A stretch of 64,000 nt of DNA, from positions 2,355,329 to 2,419,328 of the forward strand of contig OZ199838.1 in assembly GCA_964304625.1 (NCBI GenBank). The letters are read 5' to 3'. Shown piece by piece: positions 38,697-56,701 of the stretch. The notes beneath the pieces were generated by a model. It was not told the origin of the DNA. It saw only the letters and a program-made list of their open reading frames with translations, and did not search any database. The translations under genes were made by a program, and so were the position numbers. How positions within the stretch are numbered: the stretch's first letter is position 1; each line of letters starts with the position of its first letter. This stretch comes from Kudoa neothunni. Its lineage: Eukaryota > Animalia > Cnidaria.

Positions 38697-39575
38697 ATGG
38701 ATAACGAACATTTAAAAAAACTCGATGAAAAATACTCAAATATTAATCGAATTAAATATAATCAAAGGGCTAGTTTTAACAATAGGGGCAGTCGCTCTTT
38801 TAATTCAAACCCAAATTCGAAATTTAGAAAGAGAAATTTTTCAGGTCACATCAATCAGTATTCAAATAGAAAGCCAGTTTCAACTCTACGTCACAACGCT
38901 CATAATAAGGAAGTATCTATATTCGATTTAGTTTTTATTATTTTTTAAAGCTCCATAAAACCGAATTAAAATCTCCCAACACCAAGCATCTGTCTGAAAG
39001 TTCTGATAGCGACTTGGTAATATTACTTACATGAAGAAAAATATTTAAAAAATACACTGCAAAATTACTAGGAGGACACAACCGATATACCAAAATTAAA
39101 GTTAGGATTGGAAACTGAAGAAGAAATTCAGACATGGAGAGAAGAAAGAAAAAAGTTATTTGCTTTCCTGGATTTATGGTCTAATAAATGTTTTTAAGGA
39201 ATTATCCTTCGAAAGAGAATATCCAACTGTTGTCTCTCTATCATAGAATATATCCGGAGATTAATGAACTGAGAAAATCTTCAAAAATTAATATCCTAAA
39301 AAAAAGTATGTTACATTTGGATTTTAAATTAACATATCAATAATAGATGAAAATAAACATCCTAAATATACTAAAAGAGGACGCCATATTGGTAAAACTT
39401 TGAATCACAAAACCAATCGCACCAACACCATTCTTGAATCGGTAGTCTTGTTTATTACCCTTGATTTACGCTTCCCCATTTGAAGGTGCTTATGGATCAG
39501 ATTGTTGAAGAAAGTGTTTGGTTATTACAAGCCATTAGATATATTGTTAAAAATAAATTTTTTGATGATGATTAG
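38697..39575 (+). CDS. NUFIP1: NUFIP1/Rsa1 box C/D snoRNP assembly factor (short form)
   Basis: Spliced PEP motif LETEEEIQTWREERKK|NYPSKENI and C-terminal LLQAIRYIVKNKFFD; five short GT-AG introns. Confidence 0.85.
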
Positions 39576-41143
39576 AAATGTTTATATATGCTCACTTGTT
39601 TTAAATAAATTCCCTATTTTTCATACATTCGCGCATTCACCATTAATGGCGGCATTATATATTTATTTTAGGAAGTCTGAAAATTATAAACAATTTTGAC
39701 TGCTGAAATTTCTATAAATAAACTGTACCAGTAAATTGAGAAGTAGAATTGTGATGATTAAAAAATTAACAAAATCATACGTTCCATTTAGGATAATATT
39801 TTATAAGTAAACAACAATGTTTGCTTAATAATCATATATTTTTTTAATTAAACTTTTAATTTGAGCAATACGATATATCTCGTATAACATAACTGTACTA
39901 TTGTCACAAACTTGTAGAATTGTTTCATTAGTTTAAAGTATAAACATTATTTCGCGATGGAAAAAATATTATTATACGTTACTCATAGCGCAATTAGCTA
40001 TAAGATGAACTATCAGTTAAATTAATACGACTTAATGTATAGATGAATCAACGCAAATAAAGCATAAAAGTTTAGTTAAAAATTAATAATTGCCTCAATA
40101 TCGGAAGTTTAACGTGTAAATGAACAGAACACTATCAATTTAATTGTAGTCAAATGGTCATTTTTATAAAAAAATTGTAGTTTTTTATTCTAAGCAGATG
40201 CGAATAAATGCAAAAAACATATTTATTACATAAATAAAAAACATGAAATATATATCGAATGAGATTTTCGTAGATGCTTTTTAACAACAAGTTCAGAGAA
40301 GTTTGAGGAAGTATTTGAAAGAGTCTCACACATGTAATTGATTTTGTGACTTTGCTTTTATGATAACCAACGTTGGAAATCTAGATTCGTAAAAATAAAC
40401 CACCGCAAAAGGAGTAATCATTCCAATGGCTTAACCTGTAACAATATTAAATCACTTTTGAAAATTTTTAATTTTTTGAAATAAAAACTAGATAACTGTT
40501 AGTTTTATAAGCCTTTTTACAAAATAAATGATAAAACAGAGGAATTTTGTAATAAATAAAAATATATATTAGAAACATTAACGAAATAATGTATTCGATA
40601 TTTTTAATAACTACAGTAACATTATAAAATACATAATTATAAAGAATTTATGGTAATAAAGTCGAAATCAAATACCAATGAAACTTCTCACGGACCACCA
40701 GGTTAAGAACTGCGGCTTTATATTTTCACAAATCCCCGACTAACTAAACTAAATGAATACGAAGTCCTAAATGCATTAATCATGTAAACGTATAATTAGG
40801 GTACTATTATTACAAAATTATTATTTTTAAGGCAGCTTTTATTATAGCCGGGAATTTACGAAAGATTCGATCTAAAGAGTAGAAGTCTTCTCACGCTCCC
40901 TCTTGAATTAATTCGCGAGCCCCAGGTTGATATTTTTAAGCTGCTGAAATATATTCAAATTTTACATTTAAAGATACAGAAAATCAACTAAACATCAAAA
41001 TATTCACTGAATGTTAACGGTTCGCAATAAAACAATCTAATACAATCATACACTAAGTAAAACAACATCACAGAGCTCCAACGAGTTGGAAAAACTACAA
41101 TTAAACGGCGCAATATTTAAAAAGTTGTTAGTTAGCTAGTATT

Positions 41144-44100
41144 CTAACTGAAACGTCGTTTTGATCTCCGTAAATTATATTTTGAACTATTTTGGTCCTC
41201 ATCCGGATCTTCAACAACAGAATAAGAATCCAGATAATCTTCGCGTCGTTTTCTAATTCGGTTTGATCTTCTAGCTGCAGTGGCTGGGTTTGTTATAGGT
41301 GAGACATTACCAAAATATCTATCGGTTAGATTAGTATCATCATCATCTTGGAGTGTTGACGGCGGTCGAGGATTTCCACGAGTAGCCCTTCTTTGATTAG
41401 AATTAGCACTAGTGTTACTAACACGAACTTTAGAATGAATTTAAACGTGAATAAAAATTTACTTTTTATTCTTAAAATTGAGCGAAGTGGAGCTGGTAGA
41501 GGGAGCAGCCAACTCAACATCTTTATATACTTTGTAGGTGGATCTTGTCCTTTTATTGATTTTTAGGTTGGAGTTTTTGTTGTGATGATATGAATTTTCG
41601 TTGCTCTCATTGGAAATCTCATCAAATAAACTTGAATTACTAATTGGAAACAGAAATACAATAATTGTTCTGTCGAAATATAAATAGAGTACTTTGAAAG
41701 ATGAGGGGGCTCACCGAATTCATATTCATTTTGTGGCTGAGAGTTTTTGTTAGGCGAATAGGACGATGAGGAATTTCTAGTGACATAACGATGTGGAACA
41801 TTATTTGATCGATTCGTGGTACGATCAGCGTCGCTTCTACGTAAGCTATACCTATGTCGGGAACGGTTTATGTCTGATTCGGAAGAACGGGTTCTCATTA
41901 GATGAGCATGAGTGGAAGTAGTTGGTTGATTCGCGGGATCAACGGTGTGATTTTGGGATGCTAAATAATTTTCGTAGATATTTCGAATAATAGATCGAGT
42001 TAGAGGTCTCTTAAGTGGTGCAATATTTGACCAATCCTTAAGAAAAGATTCGGAACGAGCCAAAAATTGATTGGAAAGACGAGCAGTCATAGAGTATATC
42101 TTAGAGCGTGGATTGGTGTTGAATGTTCGAGAATTGGAAAAAATGAGTTTAATATCGTCGATCATTTCGACAGGATGGATATAGGTTCCACTTCTCAATT
42201 TATTGAGTACAGTGTTGAAATCCATAGGATATCTAACAAACTGAGTGTATTCAGGATATTCTTCCACATCGACTGGATTCAAGAAACATTCACTATCTTT
42301 TAGATTCATCAGATAGTTCAGCAGATCAAAAGCATCATTTATCCATTCGACCATCATATCATTGGTTCCTAATCTAGGGTTTTTGTTGAGTTGTAGTTGT
42401 TGTTCTTCGTCCGATTCATCTGAGTAGTGGCTGAATCGCACAAACTTTTTACGTCGTATACGTTTTGTTGATTTTACAGTCGAAGGCCCACTCACGTCGG
42501 TTGGATATCTTTTTCCCGCCAGAAGTGGATGTTTCAAGTTGACTTCGAATCTGTCGTTGTTTCTAATCAAATCTTCGATCAATGTGAGCAACGTACAAGC
42601 ACAGTGACTAATTGGGGTATTGGTTCTATTGTAGGAAAGGGCGTTCAATTTGATGAGTTTAATATCAAAAATGATAGCATCTTTGGAGCGGTAATAATGA
42701 TTAGTAAGTCGAGATACCACTTTGCCTAGATCCATAGGATGTGGTACAATTGTCCAATAATCAGCAAACGTAACCAAATCAACAGGCATTGAGAATGCAT
42801 ATGCAATATAGTGATTTTTAAAGTTTTCGACGGCAGTAGCAATTCTTTCACAAGCGACAAACGGTTGTTCTCCTTGCCACGCGTCTTCATTGTTGATGTG
42901 GGCTTGAATGATATAACGTTCACACAACGATCTCATTTCATCTTGACTAATTGAAACTGGATCAACAACCAAATGTTGGTCACCAAGGGTTGATTTCACA
43001 TTTTTTGGGGTTATCAAATTATTTCTACCCTGGCTAGATGAAACAGACTCGGTTGATTCATCATCTGAGGAAGGTTTAGAGGTAACGCCGCCAACAGAAT
43101 CAACAATCAGGTTGTTATCATCATCCATCAAAGAGTCATAGTTGTTTGACGTTTTTTTATCACTTAAGTTTAATAAAGAGTTGGATGAATTGATGCATTC
43201 CATATCCCAAGGGCTGACTCGATCATATTCACCAGTGTCCCAACGTACTACGTATGAAAGATGCGGGGAAAGGGGGAATTCCGGGTCGATCACCGAGCAG
43301 GACTCTACACAGCCATACCACCAACAGTCATCAATGATGCTCTTGAATCTATCACTGGCGGACCATTCCCTTTTCAAAGCTGTATCGACCACTTCACGCA
43401 AAACAATGAAATCGAGAATATTGGTCATATCGTGAAATTCCAACACAAAACAATCTCGTTTGTATGCATTATCACATTTGTCGAGCGATTCAGCATATCT
43501 TTCCATTTCTAAACGTTTTAGTTTGATTTTACACACAAGTGGGTTTTTGTAGATGTATTGAATGTCCAAAACACGGCACAATTCATAACCATTTGAATTG
43601 ACTTCGGGTACTATAAAACGATCATACTCCTCGTAAGCGTTCACACTAGGTAGAAGGTTGGTAAGATTTTGTCTGAAAAGTTCTTGCAAGTATAACCGAT
43701 GACCCTGAATGAAATAATACACTTGGTCTCCTAACTGAGGCACATAGGGTGATATTTTGGGTAGGTCGTTGGACACCCACAAAGAAGGGTAATCGTCAGG
43801 TAAAGGTGGGGGTGGTGCGGGCACTTCCACAACATCGGGATTGTCTTGCATATTTGCAACTCCTTCCGCTGACGGCCCACTACTCCGAGTGGCAACACCA
43901 TTTCTTCTATTGGAAAATGCACTGCCAGCGGATGTGCGAGGTCGCAATGATCTCAATCTTGCAGAACGATTGGTTCTTATGGGTAGACTTTCCTCCAACA
44001 AAAACTCATCGGACTCATCGATAAACTCTGGGTCGGAGTTTCTTTCAGATGGAATGGCGGCTAAGTATTGGAATGTTTCATCGTATTCGTTGGCGTTACG

Positions 44101-46773
44101 ATCGTAAACAGAAGCGTGATTGTGGTTACGTGAAACATAGTCTGCATAATCGCTGTTCATTGAATTTTCATTGGAATTATTTAAATTTGGTGGTTGATCA
44201 TCATCACCACTGTTTGGTATTGGTAAGGCAACCACTCTTCGCGCCTGTTTTTCCAGTTGTCTTTCTTTCTGAATCGACTGCAGATGTAACAATCTTCCAA
44301 CACGTTCCTCTTTGTCATAAAACTCGGAGGGTCTATGACGAATATTGTTGTGAATACTTTGCTCGTGTTTGTAGATTTGAAGGCGCGTTTGAAAATCTTC
44401 GTTGATATCCATTTTTGAGAGTTTGTTCACAATAAGTCGACGAAACCACATCAACAATGAACAATTGAGATTACTGCGATTTTTCTTATTGATTATGCCG
44501 GTTTTTCGAACCCCTTCCACTGAGCCGCTAGTGGCCAGGCCGGGGCCTGATACAGAGGTGTCGTGAGTCAAATTGATATGGTTGTAGTTGAATTCGGTTT
44601 CTTTATTTAGAAGAGCTGCACCAGGTATCAACTTTTGAACTTCGTTACTGTAAGGAATGCCAAAATAGTTGACCATCACAGGAGGTGGCATAAGATGAGG
44701 TTCCAACAAGGATAGAACATCCACCACTTTTCCAGTGGCTGGGTCTTCGCGTATCTCCCAATAGTCTGAGTGGAAAAATTGGTTGTTTGGTATGTGATCT
44801 AAGATGTGGGTTGGCAATGAGGAGTAGATTGCCCAATTGCCGTGGTAATCACACATAACAAAATCCCTTCCATTCGAAATGAAAGCCAAATCGTAAATTG
44901 AACCGAAACCTTGCTCCCCCAGGTTGTTATCCAGACACACTAAAACAGTGCCGGTGTCAGAGTTCCACAGATAGATTCGTCCATCACAACCAGACGACAA
45001 CAGCAAATTCCCAACTGTGGGATGATGGTGAAGTACGGTCACCTTATCTGTATGAACGCTGAACCTGGAGATCAGTTCCCTGCTACAGGAATCGTAGGTT
45101 CTAATCGCAAAGTCTGCACAAGCACAACAAATGCGTTTGTTATCGCAAGACCACGAAACAAGATTGATAGTGCAGTTGTTCTTTTTTTTGGATCCAGAAG
45201 GTTTATTTTTAACAGCTGTAATCATATCGCTTTTCACATCAATCTGTGCACACTTCCAACTGGTGATACTGAGTGTCCAAATGCAAATCGTACCATCTTT
45301 GGAGCCACTACAGAAGCGCGAGCCGTAGTTATCAAATTCAACCGACTCCACCTCATCAGAATGACCGTACAATTCCATAGTTCTTACGGGACCTTTTATA
45401 CCCATCTTGTACACTCTTATTGTGGGATCGGTAACTCCTAGCGCAACATACGTACCGCCTGGACTCACAGTAAAACAATTGATTCGAAAATGTTTGTTGG
45501 GCTGTTTTTCGGCAAATTTAATGGGATTTGGATTTATCTGATCGTCATGGTCAATCTTATAGAAACACAATGTGCCATTTTGCCCTGTTGATATGATGTA
45601 TCGATATCTACCTACTGGATAGGGCGAAAAACACACGGACATAACAGCGCAATTATGTCCATTCCTTAGCGTGTACAGTAACCCACAACTTTCCAAGCAC
45701 CAAATTCTTATGGTACCGTCCACTCCACAAGATGCAAGTCTGTCGTTATGATGATTGATCGAAAGATCGTTAACTGCTTTCACATGACCTCTCAATGTGG
45801 CAACGAGAACACACTTTTCCAAATTCCATATCTTCACCAATCCATCCTCACCCCCAGTGAATAGAGTGCATTTGGTGCGGTCCAATGTGAAACAGTAAAT
45901 AGCTGAAATGTGTCCAAGTACTCGTTTCATAAGTCGTAAATTTTTAAATGGTTCACATGCGGAATACAATTTCTTTAAGTCGCATCGACCAGTAAATTTC
46001 TGGGTTGCTAACAAATGAGCCAAATTTGCAGGAGATGCAACTTTAACGCTGCGGCTCTTAACCGAACGTAATTGAGATGTTGTACCACCAACCTTGTGGA
46101 TGTTGGATGGATCCATGAATTTGTTAAGTTCTCGTTGCGCTGGTGTGATCAAACTGCAATTGTATGTTTGTTGGTTAGTGAGAGTCCCTTTAACGTTGTC
46201 TGTTTGGTGGACTTTTTCCACAAAACCTTTCATTGAGCTCACGATATCGGTCAATCTACTGGGTTCTATTGAATCGGCTAACACTTTCTAAAACATTAAA
46301 TTCTCATATAGTTATCTTTTCAACATTTTCAATTCCAATTACACACTCATCCAAATTCATATCGATTGGCTGGCCAGAGAGATTGTATTTTTTAATGGGA
46401 TACTACAAAAAATACGTTCAACCTGCTCGTCGAAAAACACACATCAAAGTAAGTATGAATCCACTTACTTTGTTGATAATATTTTCAGATAGAAATTCCT
46501 AAAAAACAAAAAAATAAATAACAACTTAATTGGAACAACTATTTTACATCTGCCATAGCTTCAAATCCAGATGATTTCAAGTATGAATATACCAACAATG
46601 GCATCTCTAGTTAAAAGATTAAACTTGGTTACACTCACAAAATACTAACCGTTGTTAACTTGGCTGTCAACTAAAGAATGTCCTGCAGATGAATTGGGTT
46701 GGGTCTGTTTGGGAGTTGGAGAATCGCATCTTTTCTCCATCGAGTTCGGTACCTCCCTCGTAGTATCGCTCAT
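41144..46773 (-). CDS. BRWD/PHIP family WD40 plus tandem bromodomain protein
   Basis: WD40 array (LGHISAIYCFTLDR...LRGH), QFFHSDY, LMPPP, YVPQLGDQVYYFIQGH, DRFKSIIDDCWWYG..VSPWDME, and two bromodomains (FSMPVDL..PMDL; FLNPVDVEEYPEY..PMDF..FNTNPRSKIY). Short 5' and 3' exons reconstructed. Paralog (BRWD1/BRWD3/PHIP) cannot be assigned. Confidence 0.93.
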
Positions 46774-49700
46774 AGCTTGTTACTTACGTGTGGATACTGC
46801 AACAGTGTGCACTTGAGCAAAATATAAGATGGTGTTATAATAAAGTGCTCGTGAGCTGCCCAGCCTTGTCGCAACACAAAACAACTTTTCAATTTGATCG
46901 TAATCCGACAATTTATCCACAATGCTTAACAGCGTAAAATCATAGCAAACTCACACCTTTTTTATCACGGGTAGCTATGGAAGAAGTTATTGATTTGTTG
47001 TTTAGGTGGTTGATAGATCTGTCAATGATTGTAATGATTGTTTAAGTTAAGTTGTAAAATGCTATTTTAGAGAGTTATTTTTAATTTAGATGACTAATTA
47101 TCATGCTAAAATAGTTTATTTCGATGTTTATATGGAGCGCTGCTGAAAAACAAAAAAAATGTTGGTGGTATAAAATAAGTTGCGTGCGCGTGTCTGGCGA
47201 AAATACTACTAATTCATTGTTATATTACAATTTTTAACCGCCTACTAACTCAAAATCACCTCATAACTGTACAAGCAGTACATACATCCAACATTGGAAA
47301 AAATTAATGCGTATTACAATCAAAGTTTTCATTTCTATGGAAAACTATTGAAACGTGTTATTTTTCAAAAGTGATTGTTGTTATTTGAGATGGTGAAAAT
47401 TTTAAAAACTCAAGAAATGTAGTCAGCGTCGTACATTCTCGTCGGACTTCGGGCTGAATACGTGTGCGACAGGGGATTTCCAATGAAAATCAGATTAAAA
47501 CAAATTCTGGCATTAAATTTTATCGGATATTACACATCAGATTAATTGTTATATTGACGAACGTGAATATTATGCTCCCAATTCTCATTTGACTTGTTAA
47601 TATTGAACTAAGTGTAGATAGAAAATGTTGTACTCTTAATCCCATTGAAATGCTTATGTCATGCAACCTGCGCTGTCATTATTTTAGTCACTTTCATTCT
47701 TATCGTTAATTAGCTTCTCATTAAGGCAATAATATTCAGGTGAATGTAATTTTTTGCAATATGTTTTTATTGCTGACCTCAAAGAGTTTTGACGTGAGTT
47801 CAAAGCTGTCGGCTAGTGTTTATTCAAAAGGTAGTACATAATGTATTTTAAATAATAAGGTGTTTTCTCAAATTATAAACTATAAAAAAATTGTTTCGAT
47901 TAAAATGATGGAGATGCGCGCGTGTATGCGTGGAATTTAGGTTTGAATTTTTACGGTCCAATATCTCGTTTTATTGATAACAAAATATAGTTAAAAATAA
48001 ATTAACTCCAAATAGTTTTTTAATAAAATTCAAATAAGAGCAGTTCGTATATTCAAAGAAGGTATCTACAATGCGTTTGAAAATACTTTATATCATTAAA
48101 TTTTGGTTATGGTTGCTGTTATGACATAATTTAATCATGAATATTGTGCATATTCGCGCGGTCATCGCTTTTAGTATTTACAACTTTTATTGATGGGTAG
48201 TATATTCAATGGATTTTTTATAATCTGTTATATTTATATGTTACCGTAATTTGGAATAGCTTTTGAATAAAATAGACTTTAATCTCATGCAAAGAATGAT
48301 TCTACTTAGAAAAAGAAAACAATTTTTGTAAATCGAAAATTTATGACTTTAATATCTAATAACAAATAAGAGCCATCACATTCGGCAAAGAAACGATTGT
48401 GATATCTTAATCTTACAAATTCATTAAAACTAAAGTTATTAAAAAAATGATTAATAATCTAAGTATTCCTAAAAACGATGATAAACAAATTAGTTTGAGA
48501 GCAATTATAAATGCAAAATAATTTTTTATAATGCTTTTTAATTTTCCAAGAATTCTTTGCTGTAAGAAAGCGTCCAACACGTTAGGTAACAGATAATTAG
48601 CATATTGCATGCGTGCGTGCGTTTAATTTTTGTTTGTATTATTTTTGATTTTTCTGTGTGGATAATGTAATCAATATTTTAATATAAATCGCCAAAAATG
48701 CCTTATTAAGATTATTAGGGTGAAAATAATCTAACTAACGATTTTGTTAAAACGATATTTCTTGATGAAATATTTGTATCCTATTATAGTGATCCCAAAT
48801 TTAGTGAATCGACCCGTTCAATTGAATTATAAAGATTTTTATCTTTATTTTCTACTGTTTTCTTGAAAAAAATTCATATATTAATCACCTACGTTTTTTG
48901 AAATGACACATCCATAACATCATTTTTTGTTGATAATTAGCATTGACTAGAAATATAATTTATTAAAATCGTATTCTTTAATTTTTCCCCTTTCGAATTA
49001 ATTTAATACAAACATTGTTTTACTTTAAAAAATGATTTTATGAAGGCGTTGAAATTTTAAGCTTATTTCTAATAAAATGAGCTGATATTATCTTAATTTC
49101 ATAGAGAATCCTAATATTAATGTTCAGCAAACGTAGGAGTTGGGTAAAACACTCAATAACACTATTTGTAGTAACGCCAGCATATTATCATTAAAAATAA
49201 ATTTTTTCATTATATGATTCAGTTTCAAGATCATGGAGTCATTATGCATTATCTAACTCGCTTCTTGAAATAATGTTATCGACAGAAATTAGCTTGAATA
49301 AGACACACACTTAAACGACATAATACACCTCGTGATTATTGTTTAAATAAACAAATAATGTTTTTTCAATAAAGGATTACAACCCGTATCAAACACACAT
49401 GAACCCACGCGCTATGTCGGATATAACGCTTTTACCAACGTTCTTCTGTTTTTGTCCGAAACATCTTTAAAAAATTAAAAAATACTCCTTTTTCTAATTT
49501 AATTTTGAGATATATCTCAAACTGTCCTACGATGGTCATTATTGCAATATCAGACATGAGCTGGGACAATTCCCATTATTCCATACTTTCATTCGAAATT
49601 CGACCGTTTTACCTTAAATTTTCTTGTTCCCATTTGTTAAAAATAAAATCTACTTGGCTCAAACGACAAAATAGCATATTAACTGTTAATCACGTGATTT

Positions 49701-50137
49701 ATTTCACTAGTATTTTGTCTGTTAAATTAAAAAAATTAATTTAATTTCGAATTTTTATAATCATAAAGATATTATAAAATATAATTCAACATAAACTGCG
49801 AATGTAACGCATTAACTAAATCACGTACTATCGAGTTGATAATATCGACTACCTACCTTATATTAAAGTGCATTAATTTCTATTACACGTTATTAACATT
49901 TTTCTAAAAAAATATTTAATGAGCAGATTATGGTACAATTTCTTAAACGTTTTAAAATAAAAACAAGGAACAAGAATTCAATAAATTAAAATTAATAAAG
50001 AAAATAACATTTTTATCAATTAAATGAATCTCGGACCATTTGATGCAGAAAAATACAAAATTATAAACGAAGGTTTAACTTCCAATAGTAAAAACTCAAT
50101 ATACAGTTATCAATATAAACTATAAATCTTTCAGCTG

Positions 50138-51791
50138 CTACTTCTTGGATCTTTTTTTAGTTGAAGGAGCGTCGACTTTCAAAGCAGCATGTCCTTTTTC
50201 TTTAATGTGTTTAAAAAGTTTGGAATTTGATTGAAAAGTTTCTCCACAAATCTGACATTTGAATTCATCTTTTTTTCCTTCGCTACCATTCCTCACGTCT
50301 GAACAATCTACAGCTACAGAAGTACGAGACTGTTCGTTTTTAGGTGCTGTGGTAGACGGTTGCAATGGCTTTTTCTTCTTAGATTTATTTTTACGCTTCG
50401 CTTTGTTGAGATCTTCCTTGGTGATTATTTGGTCAATTTCCATTTTATCTAAGGCAATTTCGTCATCAGGAGAATCCAGCTTGATGGTTTCGAAATGTTG
50501 TTGTATTACATCATGATCAATTTCTTCGTCTACTTGTACTTGTTCTACAGTGTCATCGACATCAATTGAATCTTCTTGTAAATGTTTGTCTTCTCCCATT
50601 TTATCGCATGAATCAGAGGTTGGAGGAGTGAAAAATTTGTCGTCGAGATATTTTTGTCTTTTCTTAGCTCTAAGATCATACAGATTATAATTCTAACTTT
50701 AGACATGGTTCACAAACCTTTCACAAGCTCTAACAATGGAGAGATGCTTTTTCGATTTGATGTGACTTAAAAACATGGCCAAAGTTTTAAAATCTTTATC
50801 ACACAAAATGCACTTGATACATTTCACTATAGATTCGTCTAATTCGTCTTTAAAAACAAATGCGGAGTGTTGCTCTAGAGTGGATTTGATTTCCTCATCA
50901 TCGATTCCATCGAAATCACGGTTAGCTTTTTGTTTGTGCGAATTCACCACAAACTCATCTATTTGATTGTCAATCTCATCGAGATCTCCCAGAATATTTT
51001 GATAATGAGCTTGCCAATCGACATCGATAGGGGGTCGACGAACACTTGGAGGAGGTTTGTTAGTAGGATTGGTATTGGTTGTTTTTGGTGCCGGTGTTTT
51101 TCTAGGCGATTTTTAGTGATAACCCATACCAAAATTAAATTAAATACTTTGGTATTCGTTTATCTCTTTTTTTTAGAAACAATACCAATGCACGCACACT
51201 TTCATTGTATTGTTTCACTTGTAGAGTTCGATTTTTGCTGTTGAGTTTTTTGATATAGCGTACCTCTTGACGATTAACTCCTTCTGACTCACTGATTTCA
51301 TCTGTCCATGAGAAAGTTTTTTTGGTTTGAAAAATCGACCATCTCAAGTAGAAAGGTTTGACCACACTTTCAAAATTACTATCACTGTAACCGAACACAG
51401 GATAATCTGCCTCAGTTTTAGTTTTGTCGAAGAGAAGTTCCTCGGTGACAATGGTCTGAAACAATTCTCTATACACAGTGTAAAATCCATCTACACTATC
51501 ATCATAATTTTTGAAAGCGTAAGTGTTGTGATAGGAAGACGGATTAACAAAATTGCCACTTAATTCTTCCACTTCGAGCGCATCCTTGTTTCGATCATAC
51601 CATGCTCGTTCATGTGGATCACTCAAAACTTTATACGCCTTTTGAATATCGAGAAATTTGTTTCTTGCTTCCTCGGCATTCCCCACATTTTTATCAGGGT
51701 GATATTTGAGGGCAAATTTTTTGTACGCCTTTGTGATCTCTTCAGTTGTTGCCGCACTATGCAGCTCTAATTCCTCATAGTAGCATTTCAT
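50138..51791 (-). CDS. DNAJC21: DNAJC21/Jjj1 J-domain ribosome biogenesis co-chaperone, 3 exons
   Basis: MKCYYEEL...HPDKN J-domain, LSDPHERAWYD, FLKKRDKR, and two C2H2 fingers (CILCDKDFK..HIKSKKH; CQICGETFQSNSKLFKHIKEKGH). Confidence 0.93.
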
Positions 51792-53215
51792 TAGATAATT
51801 TTTAGATGAAGAAGGTGTGTGGACAGATAAATTGATGCGCAATCGCAAAGGATTCATAGAAATCACACCACAGTATATACAAGATTTAATATACTGAGTA
51901 AAATTTAAGATGGAAACTCAGGAGTTATCATCTTAAAGTCAGTGTTTAGCTGCAATGTATATATTAACAATTTTAACACGCAGTAAAAATAAAATATAAC
52001 ACGTCGCGCGATCAATCACTTTAAAATTATAAGAAAAAAATTTAATATTACATAATATTGAGGATCATTGTTCAACTTGAAAATGAACCAACTTTTATAA
52101 AATATGGTTGCGTGCGCAGTTTACGTCATGTGTTAGGAATATGGAAACATATCGAAGAATTTTTGTTTTAGACATATATAGATTCGATCAATATGATAGA
52201 TTATGTCTAATTTATGTCTCAAGCGATATATTAAAAACAGTGTCATCTATATAAACGAACGAAGAGCGATATGACGAAATTTGTCCGATACGCATGTGCA
52301 ATATAAAAGTAAAAAAAAAGAGAAAAGTCGTGACTTTAAATATGATAAAATTCTGCATAATAGTTTTTACGTAAAGGATTATAATAATTCAACGAAACAA
52401 TATTGGCACTTCGGTAATTATAAAGCTTGTGACACCCGAAAAACAACCTTTTTCGCATATTTTTATCGCCTATTTTTCACGATTCTTTTTAATAAAATAA
52501 ATAAACATGGACTGAAAAAATTCAGCCTCAATAAATAACTTCTAAATTTTAACCAAATTTTTTTTAGAACATCGTTCCGCATGTAATCTCTTTCCTGGTT
52601 ACAAAAACTTTCCAATTTCCTTATAAGTCATATATTTTAACACATTTGTTTCGTTAAATTACTCGAATTATTTTTAAACATAATTATTTGATCAGAAAAG
52701 GAGTTTAAGTTCTTTATATAATGGTGTTAGATTTTACAAACGGAAAAAATCAATGAATTGATACTTTAGATAGTGAAATAAAAATTTGATTTTAATTTAT
52801 GATTTTAAAATAAATTTTTTAGTTTAGGAATTTTTGTTGGATATCTATATTCACTAGATAAAATTATATGGCTGAATTTGTTTGAAAATTTGATCATGTT
52901 AATTTAAATATTGTTGAATTTAAAAATCTAACATTTTAGCTCTTGCATTAGTTTATGAAAAAATTATAAACTATTATGTTTGTCATAAAATAAAAAATAA
53001 AGTATAGAAATTATCGAATCATAAAATCATCGATTTTAAAGATTTTGAAAACAAATTGATTACAAAACTTTGCCATTTATAATTAATTTGTTGGTTTATT
53101 CTGATTGAGTAAATGTAAATAAATACAAATTCTATAACCAAAAAAACAGGTGACTGAGTGTATTTTTGAAAAAATCAGTTATTTTGGATTGTCATATTTT
53201 GACCCACTATATCGT

Positions 53216-53236
53216 ATATATATATATATATATATT
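53216..53236. repeat. (TA)n microsatellite
   Basis: About 10 TA units. Shorter TA/TACA tracts occur at ~14968-14997 and ~54751-54766. Confidence 0.9.
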
Positions 53237-53819
53237 TCAATTCCCAATGCTAATAATATTCGAAAATCTGATCTTCGTTTCGGATAATATGATTTAGCGT
53301 TATTGTATTAGATATGTTACAATGATTCACAATAGCTATCTTGGAGTTCTAACAGAAAATTTTAAAAATATTTTATAATTTTCCTGCGATCAATGATCAA
53401 TGACACGTGGATCAACAGATTATCCCTAAAAATGTACAAAATAAATACCGCGCGATTTTCGCTACATATTTTGCATCATTTACAACCAATTATTCAGACT
53501 AAAATTAATATTAAGTTGAATATATTTGTTTATATAAATATTAGGAACATTTACGATTATAAATAAGTAACTTACAAAAGATTGTAAAAACTTCATCAAC
53601 CCCCGCCAGACTTACGCATAGCTGGTTAGTTGCGCTGACTTAACGTAGAATTAAATTTTTCATAATATGAAAAGTTTCCAAGAAATGGCCTAAGATCGAA
53701 ATTTCGTAGACAATAATAACCATCACAATAAATTGAATGAAAAAATACAAATAAATTTAAATATGCCACATCGTATCTACAATAATTCGGTAGAAAAGTT
53801 TTTACAAAAAATTGGTGTT

Positions 53820-56701
<2,882 letters not shown>

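Noticed and set aside
53596-53645. GC-richer island (CCAGACTTACGCATAGCTGG) as a U1 or SL RNA
   Set aside because: No match beyond ACTTAC and no convincing Sm site or stem set; more likely a TE end fragment.
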